From IMG/VR virus record IMGVR_UViG_3300024358_000009, positions 124,001 through 188,000 of that record: 64,000 nucleotides of DNA; one strand, written 5' to 3'. Shown in pieces: positions 39,317-49,510 of this stretch. Each line of letters begins with the position of its first letter. The stretch's first letter is position 1. The notes under the pieces are model-generated. The model ran no database searches. It saw only the letters and a program-made list of their open reading frames with translations, and was not told the DNA's origin. The translations under genes and the position numbers were made by a program.

Positions 39317-40593
39317 ACAGGCGACACTTTTTACAGCATACAACAGAATTTGCTTCTCTTGCATTAGTATCTAATCTATATGCACAGCAAGAAACCATAA
39401 AGAAAAAGGGAAAAAGACTCATTGTGCTTTGGATGAGTGGTGGCCCAAGTCATATGGATTTATGGGATTTGAAGACAGGAGAATCAACTGGTGGAGACTT
39501 TAAACAGATCAAAACTTCTGCAAACGGAGTGCAGATTAGTGAGGTATTGCCAACAGTTGCTGAACAGTTCAAACACTTGGTGGCTATTAGATCTTTGGTT
39601 ACTAATGAAGGCAGTCATGAGCGTGGCACATTCTTAATGAATACGGCCAAGCAACCAAACCCAGTAGTGCAATATCCAGCTATGGGCGCAGTTGTATCTT
39701 CTATGATTGGCTCTAAAGAGTTGCCATTACCTAATTTTATTGGAATTGGTGGAACTGCACAACGCATTGGGCCAGGATTCCTTGGCGCAATGTACACTCC
39801 TTTTGTTGTGCAAAATCCTGGCGTTCCTCCAGAAAATATAAAGCCACCATCAGAAATTGGCAATGAAGAAGAGCGTCTTAGAAGAAGGCAGAGATTATTC
39901 TACGGAATAGAAGATGAGTTTGCTGCAAAGATAATGCCTCATGTAAAAGGTGCAAAAGACAGAGAAAGTTTAGGTAATGTCGCACAATCACATGCTTCTA
40001 TATATGGTAAAGCATTTGATCTAACTATTTCGCCACTTAGAACTGTATTTGAAATAAAGAACGAAAGCCAAGCGACTATAGATGCTTATGGCGGTAGGAT
40101 GAATCAGTTTGGCATGGGATGCCTTCTTGCAAGAAAATTAATTGAGAAGGGAGTTAGTTGTGTTCAAGTGGATCTCGGCGGATGGGATAATCATAATAAT
40201 ATCTTTTCTACTATTAGGAATGGTAATGGCCCTCGGCTTGATAAAGGTTTTGGAAACCTTGTAAAAGAACTAAACGATATTGGTCTTTGGAAAGATACTG
40301 TAGTTTTATGGATGGGCGAATTTGGTCGTACACCTAAGATTAATCAAAATGGTGGACGAGATCATTGGGCAAGATGTTGGTCTATAGTAGTAGGCGGAGG
40401 TTCCATTAAGGGTGGACAAGCTTATGGTTCTACTAGCAAAGATGGTTTAGACATTAAGGATAAGCCATGCTCAATAGGCGATGTATATGCTACTGTTTAT
40501 AAAGCTTTAGATATGGATCTATCTGCTCAAATTAGAGACAACATTGGACGACCCATGGCTATTACAGAAGGAAAACCTCTAGATATCTTTTAA
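39313..40593 (+). CDS. DUF1501 family protein with Tat signal
   Basis: Motifs MNRRHFL, LWMSGGPSHMDLWDLK, CLLARKLIEKGV, GGWDNH, WMGEFGRTPKIN and GRDHW. Confidence 0.92.
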   Translation: MNRRHFLQHTTEFASLALVSNLYAQQETIKKKGKRLIVLWMSGGPSHMDLWDLKTGESTGGDFKQIKTSANGVQISEVLPTVAEQFKHLVAIRSLVTNEGSHERGTFLMNTAKQPNPVVQYPAMGAVVSSMIGSKELPLPNFIGIGGTAQRIGPGFLGAMYTPFVVQNPGVPPENIKPPSEIGNEEERLRRRQRLFYGIEDEFAAKIMPHVKGAKDRESLGNVAQSHASIYGKAFDLTISPLRTVFEIKNESQATIDAYGGRMNQFGMGCLLARKLIEKGVSCVQVDLGGWDNHNNIFSTIRNGNGPRLDKGFGNLVKELNDIGLWKDTVVLWMGEFGRTPKINQNGGRDHWARCWSIVVGGGSIKGGQAYGSTSKDGLDIKDKPCSIGDVYATVYKALDMDLSAQIRDNIGRPMAITEGKPLDIF

Positions 40594-40933
40594 AGGAACA
40601 ATCATGCTTAAAAAAAATGCAAGGATGACAAAGTGTTTAGGGTGGTGCGATAAAGAATTTTTATCACAAAATCCAATTTATTATAGAATTTGCCCTAAGT
40701 GTAAAGATAGGTATAATAAAGCAGCAGAAATTAAATCAGTTGCTAAATATAAAAAAGAAAAAGATTAACTATCTTATCAAATGTTAAGATGTGTAATATT
40801 TTTATTTTTAAAATAGTCATAGCTGATATTGATAAAAAAAATAAATCTGTTAATTTTTTGTCTTGGTTGTCGAATAAAAGAGTAGATGGTTAGTGTGTTG
40901 CTAATCGTTGTTTTTTCTTTAGGAGGAAGTATC

Positions 40934-41161
40934 ATGTTGAGTTTTGTTATGGCTATTGCCATTGCTACGAGTTCTGAGACTTTGGATGGTATCAGGCTTC
41001 GTGGTGGTTCTTCTTGCTCTAATGGAAGTTGCGGTGTTGCTGCTGCTCCAGTAGTAGAAAAGAAGGCTGAAACTTCAACAAAGCAGGAAGTAGTTCAGAA
41101 CTCTTGTGGTTCTGGCGGATGCAGTTCAAGGCATCGTGCTTTTAAGCTTCGTTGTCGTTAA
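40934..41161 (+). CDS. Small secreted Cys/Gly/Ser-rich peptide
   Basis: Own promoter; GGAGG RBS; hydrophobic leader; CSNGSC and CGSGGC motifs. Confidence 0.6.
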   Translation: MLSFVMAIAIATSSETLDGIRLRGGSSCSNGSCGVAAAPVVEKKAETSTKQEVVQNSCGSGGCSSRHRAFKLRCR

Positions 41162-41171
41162 TAAATGCAAG

Positions 41172-41200
41172 AAGGGGGCGAAAGCCCCCTTTAAGCTTTT
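41172..41200 (+). terminator. Intrinsic terminator
   Basis: AAGGGGGC-GAAA-GCCCCCTT. Confidence 0.8.
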
Positions 41201-41398
41201 AAGGAGCTATAATGAACTGCAAAACATGCAATGAAGAAATTCCAGACTATATTTACTTAGAAGAAAGTACCATAGAATGGCAATGTTTTGATTGTTCTTT
41301 AAAAGAAAATATGAAATGTGAAATATGCAATGAAATTTTAAATATAAATAAGATAGATAAGGCGAATAGTATATTAGGTGACAGTTGGATAGAAATGT

Positions 41399-41773
41399 GT
41401 GACAGTTGTGCGGAGGAATTTAATGAAGGTAGGGAGACTTACAATATTAGAAGAAGTAGAATCTAAAAAAATGCCATCTGGACAGATTTGCAAGATGGTT
41501 AAAGTTTTATGTGATTGTGGAAAAGAAAAAATTATTTATTTAAACAACATAATGAATGGAAGAACTGTAAGTTGTGGATGTTACAAAAAAGACTCTGTTA
41601 TTAAACAAAACAAAGCTAATAAAGAAACTACAATATGGGTAGAATACAAAGACGAAATAATAACATTCGTTGAATTTTGTAAAAAAAATAATCTTGATTA
41701 CTTCTTTGCTAAGAATAGATATATTATGGGGTGGGATTTGGAAAGCATCATACAAATACCAAAACTGAAATAG
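41399..41773 (+). CDS. Homing-endonuclease-derived protein without an obvious HNH core
   Basis: GRLTILEE...CDCG...SCGC N-terminal module. Confidence 0.55.
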   Translation: MTVVRRNLMKVGRLTILEEVESKKMPSGQICKMVKVLCDCGKEKIIYLNNIMNGRTVSCGCYKKDSVIKQNKANKETTIWVEYKDEIITFVEFCKKNNLDYFFAKNRYIMGWDLESIIQIPKLK

Positions 41774-43465
41774 CCATGTCATATTTTTTTAATGTTTGGA
41801 TAGAATACATCGGTTGTGATAATGTAAAGAAAAGAAAGTTTTTAAAAAAAATTAATGATTATAATGATTGTTTACCATTATTATTAGAAAGCGAGTATAT
41901 AAAAGAATACCTTTTTATGCCAAAATGCATTGTTATATTAGAGGATACATTTGGAAATGACATGAGACTAAAACCATTGTTTGAAAATGATAAGTTTTTT
42001 CTTTTGTGTGAATAATGAAAAATGTTTTTTTCAAATTAAATAACGAAAAGTTTTATGTTATAGCTGGAGATACAGCTAAACGAGAAAAAGAAAAATTAAA
42101 GTGTTCTTGGAAAACATTGCTTAGTGTTTTATGTAAAGAAAATTTTCCAAATATAAAAAAGGTGACAGAAAAAACAGAAAATAATCATATTGTTACAATA
42201 CCATTTTTTGAGGAGTTAATTTTTTTTGTAATGACAATTATGTATAAAGATAAAAAAATTTTTGTCGTAACAGCAAATGAAAAGGTTAAAAAGTTTAAAT
42301 TAAAAAAATTTGGTAAGTGGATAGCGGAATTAGAATGTGGGCATACTTTTTTAATGGATAGCGGAGTAGATGATTACAGATTTATAAAAAGAATATTTTG
42401 TCCTACATGTATGGAGAATACCGATGGTTCAGTTTTTAAATGAATTAAAAACATTTATAGAAAACAAAAGCGATGAATGCAAACTAAAACCAGAATTAAA
42501 AATTACTGAATCAAAAATTTTGTTTATTACATCAAATAACTATTTAATATCAAAATATTTTTTAGATGTATGCGAAAAGTTTTTGAATAATAAGAATTTA
42601 ATAATTACTGAAAATAAAAAAACTTGTTTGAATTTGGAAAAATCATTAGAAGATATTGTTTCTATTATAAAAGAATCGTGTCATTATGGATTTGATCATG
42701 CAATATTATTGAATAATTATGATATTTTTTTTGATGATGAAACATGTATTAGTGTTGCAAAAGAATTAATTGATTATTCTAAAAATTCAAATGATAACTT
42801 AAAAATGATTATAATTTTGACAAACAGATCAAAAACTATAGAGCCGTTTTTAATGCACAGTCCAAATCATTTAAAAGTAAATCAAGCATGGTGTCTCGGT
42901 AAATATATTTGTAGGAAAATCGAAGAAAAGAGTATGGAGCAAATACTTTCTGAAACGATTAATGCAGTTAATGATACTCTTAATTGTAAATATTATTAAA
43001 GGCATTTCTATTGGTGTGTTTATTTATTTTATGATTAAATTTTTAAGGAGAGGAATATGAAGTCTCTAAGATCTGATCTACACAGCGAAATTAGTACAAC
43101 CAGCGGTTCTTTGGTTTTAATACCTCTAGAAAAATTTCAAGAACTAATAGGTTTTTCAGACGATGAAGATTTTGAAATTGTATCTGAAATAATTGATAAC
43201 GGCGGAGATATTATAAACATAAATCCATATGTAAATTTAGAGGTAAGAAAAAGATTTACTTTAAATGCAGACGGCACAAATGATACGGTTATTCAAATAG
43301 CACCAAAAAATGAATCTAAAGACTTTGTAAGACTTTTAAACAAGGATGAAGAGACATTAGAAGAATTTTCTTTGCGTAAGAAAAAAGAATTAAAAATGAA
43401 TACCGAAGAAATGATTAAGTCATTTACAGATATTAGAAACGAATACTTAGAAAAGATGGATATAA

Positions 43466-44080
43466 ATGATTAACAAAGAAAAAATAATGCATAGAATAAA
43501 AAAAGGAAATGAATTAGCAGAATATGTAGCTAAGTATCTGAATCATAGATATGGATATAATTTTAAAAAAGTGGGATTACAAGAAGATAAAGAATCAATG
43601 ATTGATTATAGGTGTGATAAATATAATAAAACTGCTCAATTTAAATGTCGTGATAACCAATCTGACATAATTTATGAATGTTGGAAATTTATACCAAGAG
43701 AAAACAATCAATTTGAAAATGTTCCTGGTAGAGATGTAAGGACAAAAGCGGATTTTTATATTTGTTTAAATTCATCTAAGACAAAGATAATTGTTGCAGA
43801 AACGAGCAAGATTAAAGAAATAGCAAAAAATTCTATTAATGAAAAAACAATAGAAAGCGTTGCTAATATATACAAAGAGGCTAAATTAAAACCGACAAAA
43901 AGTAAATTTTTAAAATCAAATTCAAATTTGTCTGAGGTTTGTTTTAAGATAGATGAAGGAAAAGATACAAATGAATATGGAAAAATATTAATTTTTATAC
44001 CATTTGATTCAATAAAAGAAGCAAAAGTAATCGACTTAAAACCAAAAGAAAACATATTAGATGAACGGAGTTGGAACTAA
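43466..44080 (+). CDS. Putative PD-(D/E)xK-like nuclease
   Basis: Pattern G..AE...ID...QFK. Confidence 0.4.
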   Translation: MINKEKIMHRIKKGNELAEYVAKYLNHRYGYNFKKVGLQEDKESMIDYRCDKYNKTAQFKCRDNQSDIIYECWKFIPRENNQFENVPGRDVRTKADFYICLNSSKTKIIVAETSKIKEIAKNSINEKTIESVANIYKEAKLKPTKSKFLKSNSNLSEVCFKIDEGKDTNEYGKILIFIPFDSIKEAKVIDLKPKENILDERSWN

Positions 44081-45321
44081 TGCCATACTTTTCAATAGTA
44101 ACACCTACGAATAATGGACAATATTTGCCAAGACTGTCTAGGTCTTTAGCAAATCAAGCTTTTAAAGATTTTGAATGGGTAGTTTTACCAAATGGCAATG
44201 CTACTATTGATTTGGATTCTTTAAGTTTAAAACCAAGAATTATAAATTCATCCAAACCAGATTCAAAACTAATAGGTTTATTTAAAAAAGAAGCGTCAAT
44301 GGCTGGGAAAGGTCATGTTATTGTCGAAGTTGATCACGATGATGAATTAACTCCAGATTGTTTAGAAGAGTTGCATAAGTGTTTTAATGAATCTGAATCT
44401 ATAGATTTTGTTTACTCAAATTGTGCAGAGATAGACTTTAATGGAAAACCATTTGTTTATTCTGATGTATATGGATGGAGAAATAGACCATTTGAATATA
44501 ATGGAAAAAAACTTTTAGAATTGATTTCTTTTGAACCTTCAGCAGCTTGCTTTTCAAAAATATGGTTTGCACCAAATCATGTTAGAGCTTGGAAGAAATC
44601 TTTTTATGAGAAAATCGGTGGACATAATGAAAAAATGGATGTCTTAGATGATCATGACATTCTTTGCAGAACATATATACATGGAAATGTAAAACACTTG
44701 GATAAATGTCTTTATATATATTATAGGCATAAAGGAAATACATGTTATGGAGAGAAAAACGCTTTTATTCAAGAGGAAACACTAAATATACACGATAGAT
44801 ATATATATCAATTAGCAGAAAAATGGTCAGACTTAAACGGTCTTTTAAAAATAGATCTATGTGGCGGTTTTAATAGTCCTGCTGGATATAAATCTGTTGA
44901 TCTAGAAAACGGAAATATCGTACACGATTTAAATAATCCTTGGCCTTTTGAAGACAATTCTGTTGGTGTTATAAGGGCGCACGATGCATTAGAGCATTTA
45001 AAAAACCCAATCCATGTTATGAAAGAAGCTTATCGTTGCTTATCTCCTTTGGGATGGTTTTTAACACAAACTCCATCAACTGACGGAAGAGGAGCTTTTC
45101 AAGATCCAACTCATATAAGTTTTTGGAATAGTAATAGTTTTTGGTATTATACTAAAGCAGAAACCGCAAAATATATTGGAACACCAGTAAGATTTCAATT
45201 AAATAGAATTAAAAATTTCTTCCCAACAGAATGGCATAAAACTCACAACATCTTATATGTTAAAGCGGACTTATTAAAAATATCAAACGATATAAGAATA
45301 CCAGGAGAAATATCTATTTAG
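44071..45321 (+). CDS. GT2 glycosyltransferase fused to a SAM-methyltransferase-like domain
   Basis: FSIVTPT, EVDHDD and DDHDILCR in the N-terminal part; IDLCGG, HDALEHL and AFQDPTH in the C-terminal part. Confidence 0.85.
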   Translation: MELMPYFSIVTPTNNGQYLPRLSRSLANQAFKDFEWVVLPNGNATIDLDSLSLKPRIINSSKPDSKLIGLFKKEASMAGKGHVIVEVDHDDELTPDCLEELHKCFNESESIDFVYSNCAEIDFNGKPFVYSDVYGWRNRPFEYNGKKLLELISFEPSAACFSKIWFAPNHVRAWKKSFYEKIGGHNEKMDVLDDHDILCRTYIHGNVKHLDKCLYIYYRHKGNTCYGEKNAFIQEETLNIHDRYIYQLAEKWSDLNGLLKIDLCGGFNSPAGYKSVDLENGNIVHDLNNPWPFEDNSVGVIRAHDALEHLKNPIHVMKEAYRCLSPLGWFLTQTPSTDGRGAFQDPTHISFWNSNSFWYYTKAETAKYIGTPVRFQLNRIKNFFPTEWHKTHNILYVKADLLKISNDIRIPGEISI

Positions 45322-45757
45322 CAATTTTTAAAAATGCTTCTTGTTGTTCTTTCGGGCCAGCAAATTTAATTGAATTTGATCCATACTTCCTTATTAAAAC
45401 AAGCATGTGTTTGGCTATATAATTTATTACAGATTTTCCTAATTCTGAATCAGATGCATTTTCCCACACTTCTTGACCTAGCATGTGGGCAAAACCAAGA
45501 TCATTTTGTTTTGGTGCTGGATAAAACATTAAACCAAGATTATTGGGTCTAATGGTTTCATCGCCTGGCAAAATACCTAAAACCCAAGAACAAGACCACT
45601 TTCTACATATTTCCGGTCTTGTATCATAAATCATACAGCCTTTGTTTTGGTGATGACAATTTGTATATTCTGGCTTGTTTAGTTCTTGAACAATTAAAAT
45701 TGTGCAACAAACATCACAATCACTACAATGTCTATCAGCCAATGGTAAATTGATCAT
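45314..45757 (-). CDS. YkgJ-like CxxCxxCC protein
   Basis: CSDCDVCC...GCMIYDTRPEICRKW. Confidence 0.8.
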   Translation of the reverse strand: MINLPLADRHCSDCDVCCTILIVQELNKPEYTNCHHQNKGCMIYDTRPEICRKWSCSWVLGILPGDETIRPNNLGLMFYPAPKQNDLGFAHMLGQEVWENASDSELGKSVINYIAKHMLVLIRKYGSNSIKFAGPKEQQEAFLKIAK

Positions 45758-45760
45758 ATA

Positions 45761-46273
45761 TTATCCATGCCAAATTTTTTCTTCTGGACCCAAAAGTCTA
45801 GCCAAGGTAAACAAAAAATCACTCAATCTATTTATATATACAACTATTTTCTTTAGGTTTTGATGAACTTCCATTAATTTGACTAAATCAATTTCAACCC
45901 TTCTACATACTGCTCTTGCTAGATGAATTTCACAATGATTAAAAGGTATTATAAAGTTTTTCAATGGCTTTAAAAGCTTAGTCATGTCGTCAATTTTGCC
46001 TTCTATTTCTTTAATATGCTTGTCATCTATTCTTGCTTCGCCCGTAGCTATTTCAGCGCCTATATCAAATAAATGTTTTTGTATGTCTACAATAAAATCA
46101 TAAGCGTTTTGAATTTTTAATTCTAAAACATATTTTTGATTTACTAAACCTATTGAAGCGTTAAGTTCATCAACACTTCCTAACAATTGAATGTGTGGGT
46201 CAGTTTTTGGAACACGCCCAACTTTAGGCAAAAAGGTTGTTCCATCATCTCCTGTTTTAGTATAAATTTTCAT
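45761..46273 (-). CDS. pduO: ATP:cob(I)alamin adenosyltransferase, PduO type
   Basis: Motifs KIYTKTGDDGTT, GSVDELNA, HLARAVCRRVE and YINRLSDFLFTLAR. Confidence 0.93.
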   Translation of the reverse strand: MKIYTKTGDDGTTFLPKVGRVPKTDPHIQLLGSVDELNASIGLVNQKYVLELKIQNAYDFIVDIQKHLFDIGAEIATGEARIDDKHIKEIEGKIDDMTKLLKPLKNFIIPFNHCEIHLARAVCRRVEIDLVKLMEVHQNLKKIVVYINRLSDFLFTLARLLGPEEKIWHG

Positions 46274-46913
46274 TCTTGCTCCATTCCATTATTTTTAATT
46301 TTGATTCCATACCTATTTTTGTAAATGGAAAACCATGAAAACCAAATGGTTTATCAAAAAACTCAGGTCTTTTATGTTCGATAGAAAATTTAAAAGCTGT
46401 TTTAATGTCTGGGAATTTAAAACCATTATCTACTAATTCATTATATGATTGATTGCATATTTCTAAATCTTCATTGAATATAATTTGTTTATCTTTATAT
46501 TTATTAGATATAAACTCTAAAAGTTTTTTTGATCTTAAACTAAATCCGCCATTACCAACTTTATTTATGTATTCATCATTTTTCCAAGGTGCGCCTATAT
46601 AATCATATTCTAAGAATGAATCATCCCATGAGTTTGGATTTATTATAAATCCATCGTGTTGAATCACTAAAACATACTTAGTATTAATAAATTTATTCAA
46701 ATCTACTAAAATAAATTTACTATATTCTTCTTTGCTTTTTATTTTATTGACTTGTATATGTTTTATTTTGTTTGTTTTTACTTTTTGTTCATCAGATATA
46801 AAAATAGATTCTTTAAAATTAAAGAATTGCATACTATACAACATAGCTGCAATCGCTTTTTTATGATTAACGCAATCTACAGAACAAATAGTTATGTCTT
46901 CAAAAAAATTCAT
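46257..46913 (-). CDS. DUF5672-like glycosyltransferase-related protein
   Basis: Motifs VIQHDG, YDYIGAPW, VGNGGFSLRS, NED and FGFHG. Confidence 0.8.
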   Translation of the reverse strand: MNFFEDITICSVDCVNHKKAIAAMLYSMQFFNFKESIFISDEQKVKTNKIKHIQVNKIKSKEEYSKFILVDLNKFINTKYVLVIQHDGFIINPNSWDDSFLEYDYIGAPWKNDEYINKVGNGGFSLRSKKLLEFISNKYKDKQIIFNEDLEICNQSYNELVDNGFKFPDIKTAFKFSIEHKRPEFFDKPFGFHGFPFTKIGMESKLKIMEWSKNENLY

Positions 46914-47400
46914 AAAGACATATTAATCTTTTTCTATTAGAGTCAATAGATATTTTTTCAAAAGTTGGTTTTATTTCAAACCATTTCAATAATGTATTTT
47001 CATCTATATTATGATGACAGTTATTTGGTTTATTCCACTTATATGGAACTGATATTATAGCTTTGTTAACTATTTTTTTTATTTGATTAAATACTTCTGT
47101 TTGTTTGTTTTTAAAATGTTCAAAAGTTTGTAAACATATTAATAAATCAAATCTTTCTTTAAAATCCCAAGGGGTTTTTGTGCAATCAAAAACATGATTG
47201 ATTTCACTATTATATTTTGAATCTATTCTTGTTGAATTTAAACATAGCGGAAAAGATGAGCAACCTAATTCAAGAACAGACTGAGGACTTAAACTCTTTG
47301 CTAGTTCTATAGCATCATTATAATAATTCCATCTATTTATAAAATATTTATCTTCTAAACACTTTTTATTATAGTCTGCTTTTGTTATAAATTTAATCAT
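46900..47400 (-). CDS. Class I SAM-dependent methyltransferase
   Basis: Motifs SVLELG and FDLLICLQTFEH. Confidence 0.7.
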   Translation of the reverse strand: MIKFITKADYNKKCLEDKYFINRWNYYNDAIELAKSLSPQSVLELGCSSFPLCLNSTRIDSKYNSEINHVFDCTKTPWDFKERFDLLICLQTFEHFKNKQTEVFNQIKKIVNKAIISVPYKWNKPNNCHHNIDENTLLKWFEIKPTFEKISIDSNRKRLICLYEFF

Positions 47401-47789
47401 TTTTTAGGAGATTTAGTTTTAATGCCTAATTTTTTATATACATTTCTAGCTTTTGGATTATCATCTATAGCTAATATAATTTTATCTTTTATTGATTGTG
47501 CATGTTTTCTTTTAGACTCTAGCTGATCTTTTGGACTTCCACCAATGTTATTCATCATTAAGCGATTGTATTTCAATCCTGCTTTTTTTAATGATTTAAC
47601 AGTTTCTGATCTATTAGATTCTGGTCTTCCAGTAATCATATATATTTTATGATCTTTTGACAATTCATTTATATAATCAACCATTTTTTTTATTGGATAT
47701 ATACCATTTCTTAAAACGGTATTATCTATATCTACAATAACAACAGAAGATACAGAAAAAAACTGTTTAATTTGGTTTGCAATCGACAT
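47397..47789 (-). CDS. HAD-family phosphatase (PNKP phosphatase-like)
   Basis: Motifs VDIDNT, ITGR and IDD. Confidence 0.8.
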   Translation of the reverse strand: MSIANQIKQFFSVSSVVIVDIDNTVLRNGIYPIKKMVDYINELSKDHKIYMITGRPESNRSETVKSLKKAGLKYNRLMMNNIGGSPKDQLESKRKHAQSIKDKIILAIDDNPKARNVYKKLGIKTKSPKK

Positions 47790-47965
47790 TTGTTCTTCCC
47801 ATAGTTATATTTTTTGTTGCAACAACATCCTTATTAGTAAATTCCCATATTAAGCCATTATTTAATATAACTGTAAATATTTTTTCTATCTCAGTACCAT
47901 ATTCAGTTACGAGCCAAATTCTTCCTCTTCCTTTAGGTGTTTCAACTTCTAATTCTTGTCTTGGC

Positions 47966-48646
47966 TCATATATTACAATTGACATTTTTTATCTCTATTA
48001 AAGAATCTCTCCTGCATAAACTTTGATAAAGTTCTTTATCGCTTGACCATTCTTTACCTGTCCACCATTCAAAGCCATTAAACTGATTTTTATAAAGAGA
48101 ACATTCTTCATAACCGCCCATCATATAATAATAAATACACCCAGATCTTTTTGCTAAAGTGCATTCTATTAGTGTACTTATACTTCCTAAAGATAAAGAC
48201 GGTTTTTCATAATCCCAAGCAAACTGAACACCTATGAATGATTTTTTAAATAGTTTATAACAAACAAATCCTATTAGATTTGATTCATAAAAATATTGTA
48301 TAGTATTTTCTAACATTAATTCATTGTCAAAAACATGTTCACTTATAAAACCTTTTTTAGATTGATATGAATTTGAAATTCTTAAAATATCTTCATTTGA
48401 AGGTTTTCCAATTTGATATTCTATTTTTTTTGCAAGTTTTTTTGTTTTTTTATGGAATTCGATTTTTGAAAGGTTGTATCTGACACTTCGAGATTGAAAC
48501 CAATAATTATCCCAAGGCAACCATCCTTGCTCAAGCAAATCATCAAAGTTATCATTTATATCTGGGTAAGCAAAAATAGGTGTATAAATCAAATCTTGAT
48601 TTGAAACTTTTCCAAAACCATTTATATGATCAAATATAATTTTCAT
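47966..48646 (-). CDS. Bpt/ATE1-like aminoacyl-tRNA-protein transferase
   Basis: LLEQGW...SVRY N-terminal part; C-terminal WDY..PSLSLG....E...AKR.G..YYY.....YK..F pattern. Confidence 0.7.
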   Translation of the reverse strand: MKIIFDHINGFGKVSNQDLIYTPIFAYPDINDNFDDLLEQGWLPWDNYWFQSRSVRYNLSKIEFHKKTKKLAKKIEYQIGKPSNEDILRISNSYQSKKGFISEHVFDNELMLENTIQYFYESNLIGFVCYKLFKKSFIGVQFAWDYEKPSLSLGSISTLIECTLAKRSGCIYYYMMGGYEECSLYKNQFNGFEWWTGKEWSSDKELYQSLCRRDSLIEIKNVNCNI

Positions 48647-48695
48647 AATAAATACTACACCCTAATAAGCGAATAAAATGTTAAAGGAGTAAGTT

Positions 48696-49163
48696 ATGAA
48701 CATATTTGTGTTAGACAAAAACCCAAGACAAGCTGCTGAATGGCATGTAAACAAACATGTTGTTAAAATGCCTTTAGAAACGGCTCAAATGCTTTGTACA
48801 GTTCTTAATCAAAATGGAGTTAAAACACCTTATAAATCAACTCATGTCAAACACCCATGCACTATTTGGGCAGGAGAAAGCATGGGTAATTTTGTTTGGT
48901 TATGTGAATTAGGTTTAGAACTTTGTAGAGAATATACTTATCGGTATGAAAAAGTACATAAATGCGAAGCAATAATTAAAGAATGTTTAACATATGCTTG
49001 TAAAGTTCAAAATACTGAAATGACAGAATTTGTTCAAGCTATGCCAAATGAATTAAAGCAAACAAACCCAATAGATGGATATAAGAACTATTATATAAAA
49101 GCAAAATCTCATATTGCTGAATGGAAAAATAGAAATCAACCAAATTGGTATTATTTTGCATAA
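48696..49163 (+). CDS. Pyrimidine-dimer DNA glycosylase (DenV-like)
   Basis: Motifs MNIFVLD, KHVVKMPLETAQML, HPCTIW and EYTYRY.KVH. Confidence 0.85.
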   Translation: MNIFVLDKNPRQAAEWHVNKHVVKMPLETAQMLCTVLNQNGVKTPYKSTHVKHPCTIWAGESMGNFVWLCELGLELCREYTYRYEKVHKCEAIIKECLTYACKVQNTEMTEFVQAMPNELKQTNPIDGYKNYYIKAKSHIAEWKNRNQPNWYYFA

Positions 49164-49510
49164 AACCCCCATTATCTCCTAGATATTCTAAGAGATTTAA
49201 TTAAAACAGAGCCTTTTACCATAAGCCTCTACAGGGTGAATAGTAAATAGATTTGTAAAATCATCTAGGTTTGAGCGGACAGGGGGTAAGTCCATTCTCA
49301 ATTTTTGATTTACTATTACTTCTCTGCTCCATGTTGGTTTGGCTACCAACCAGAACCCTTGGGGTATTTACCCTTCGGTGATAAGCTTATTCCGGTGTAG
49401 GAATGGTCGAAAGAACCGGACATTTGAGTTTTTATTTAACGCCATTACCTTTTGCTTATCGTCTGATAAAAGTATGTTAGAATGATACGCATTAAAAAGC
49501 GTGGTGCAAC

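Larger units (their letters stand above)
14453..48675 (+). promoter_or_regulatory. Dispersed phage promoter family, consensus GTAAAT-N16-CGAATA (about 30 copies)
   Basis: -10 CGAATA at 14475, 14700, 15363, 15680, 15833, 16104, 16845, 17802, 17938, 18939, 19944, 20114, 20321, 20653, 22074, 22306, 22939, 23163, 24033, 25203, 25428, 29346, 30098, 30932, 33677, 35502, 38785, 40871, 48670, plus one on the - strand at 22245-22250. Nearly all have an AAAT-type -35 exactly 16 bp upstream. Confidence 0.9.

Noticed and set aside
49280-49420. RNase P RNA or cobalamin riboswitch
   Set aside because: Fragments (AAGTCC, CAGAACCC, TCCGGTG) are present, but the P4 pairing and the B12-box consensus cannot be completed.
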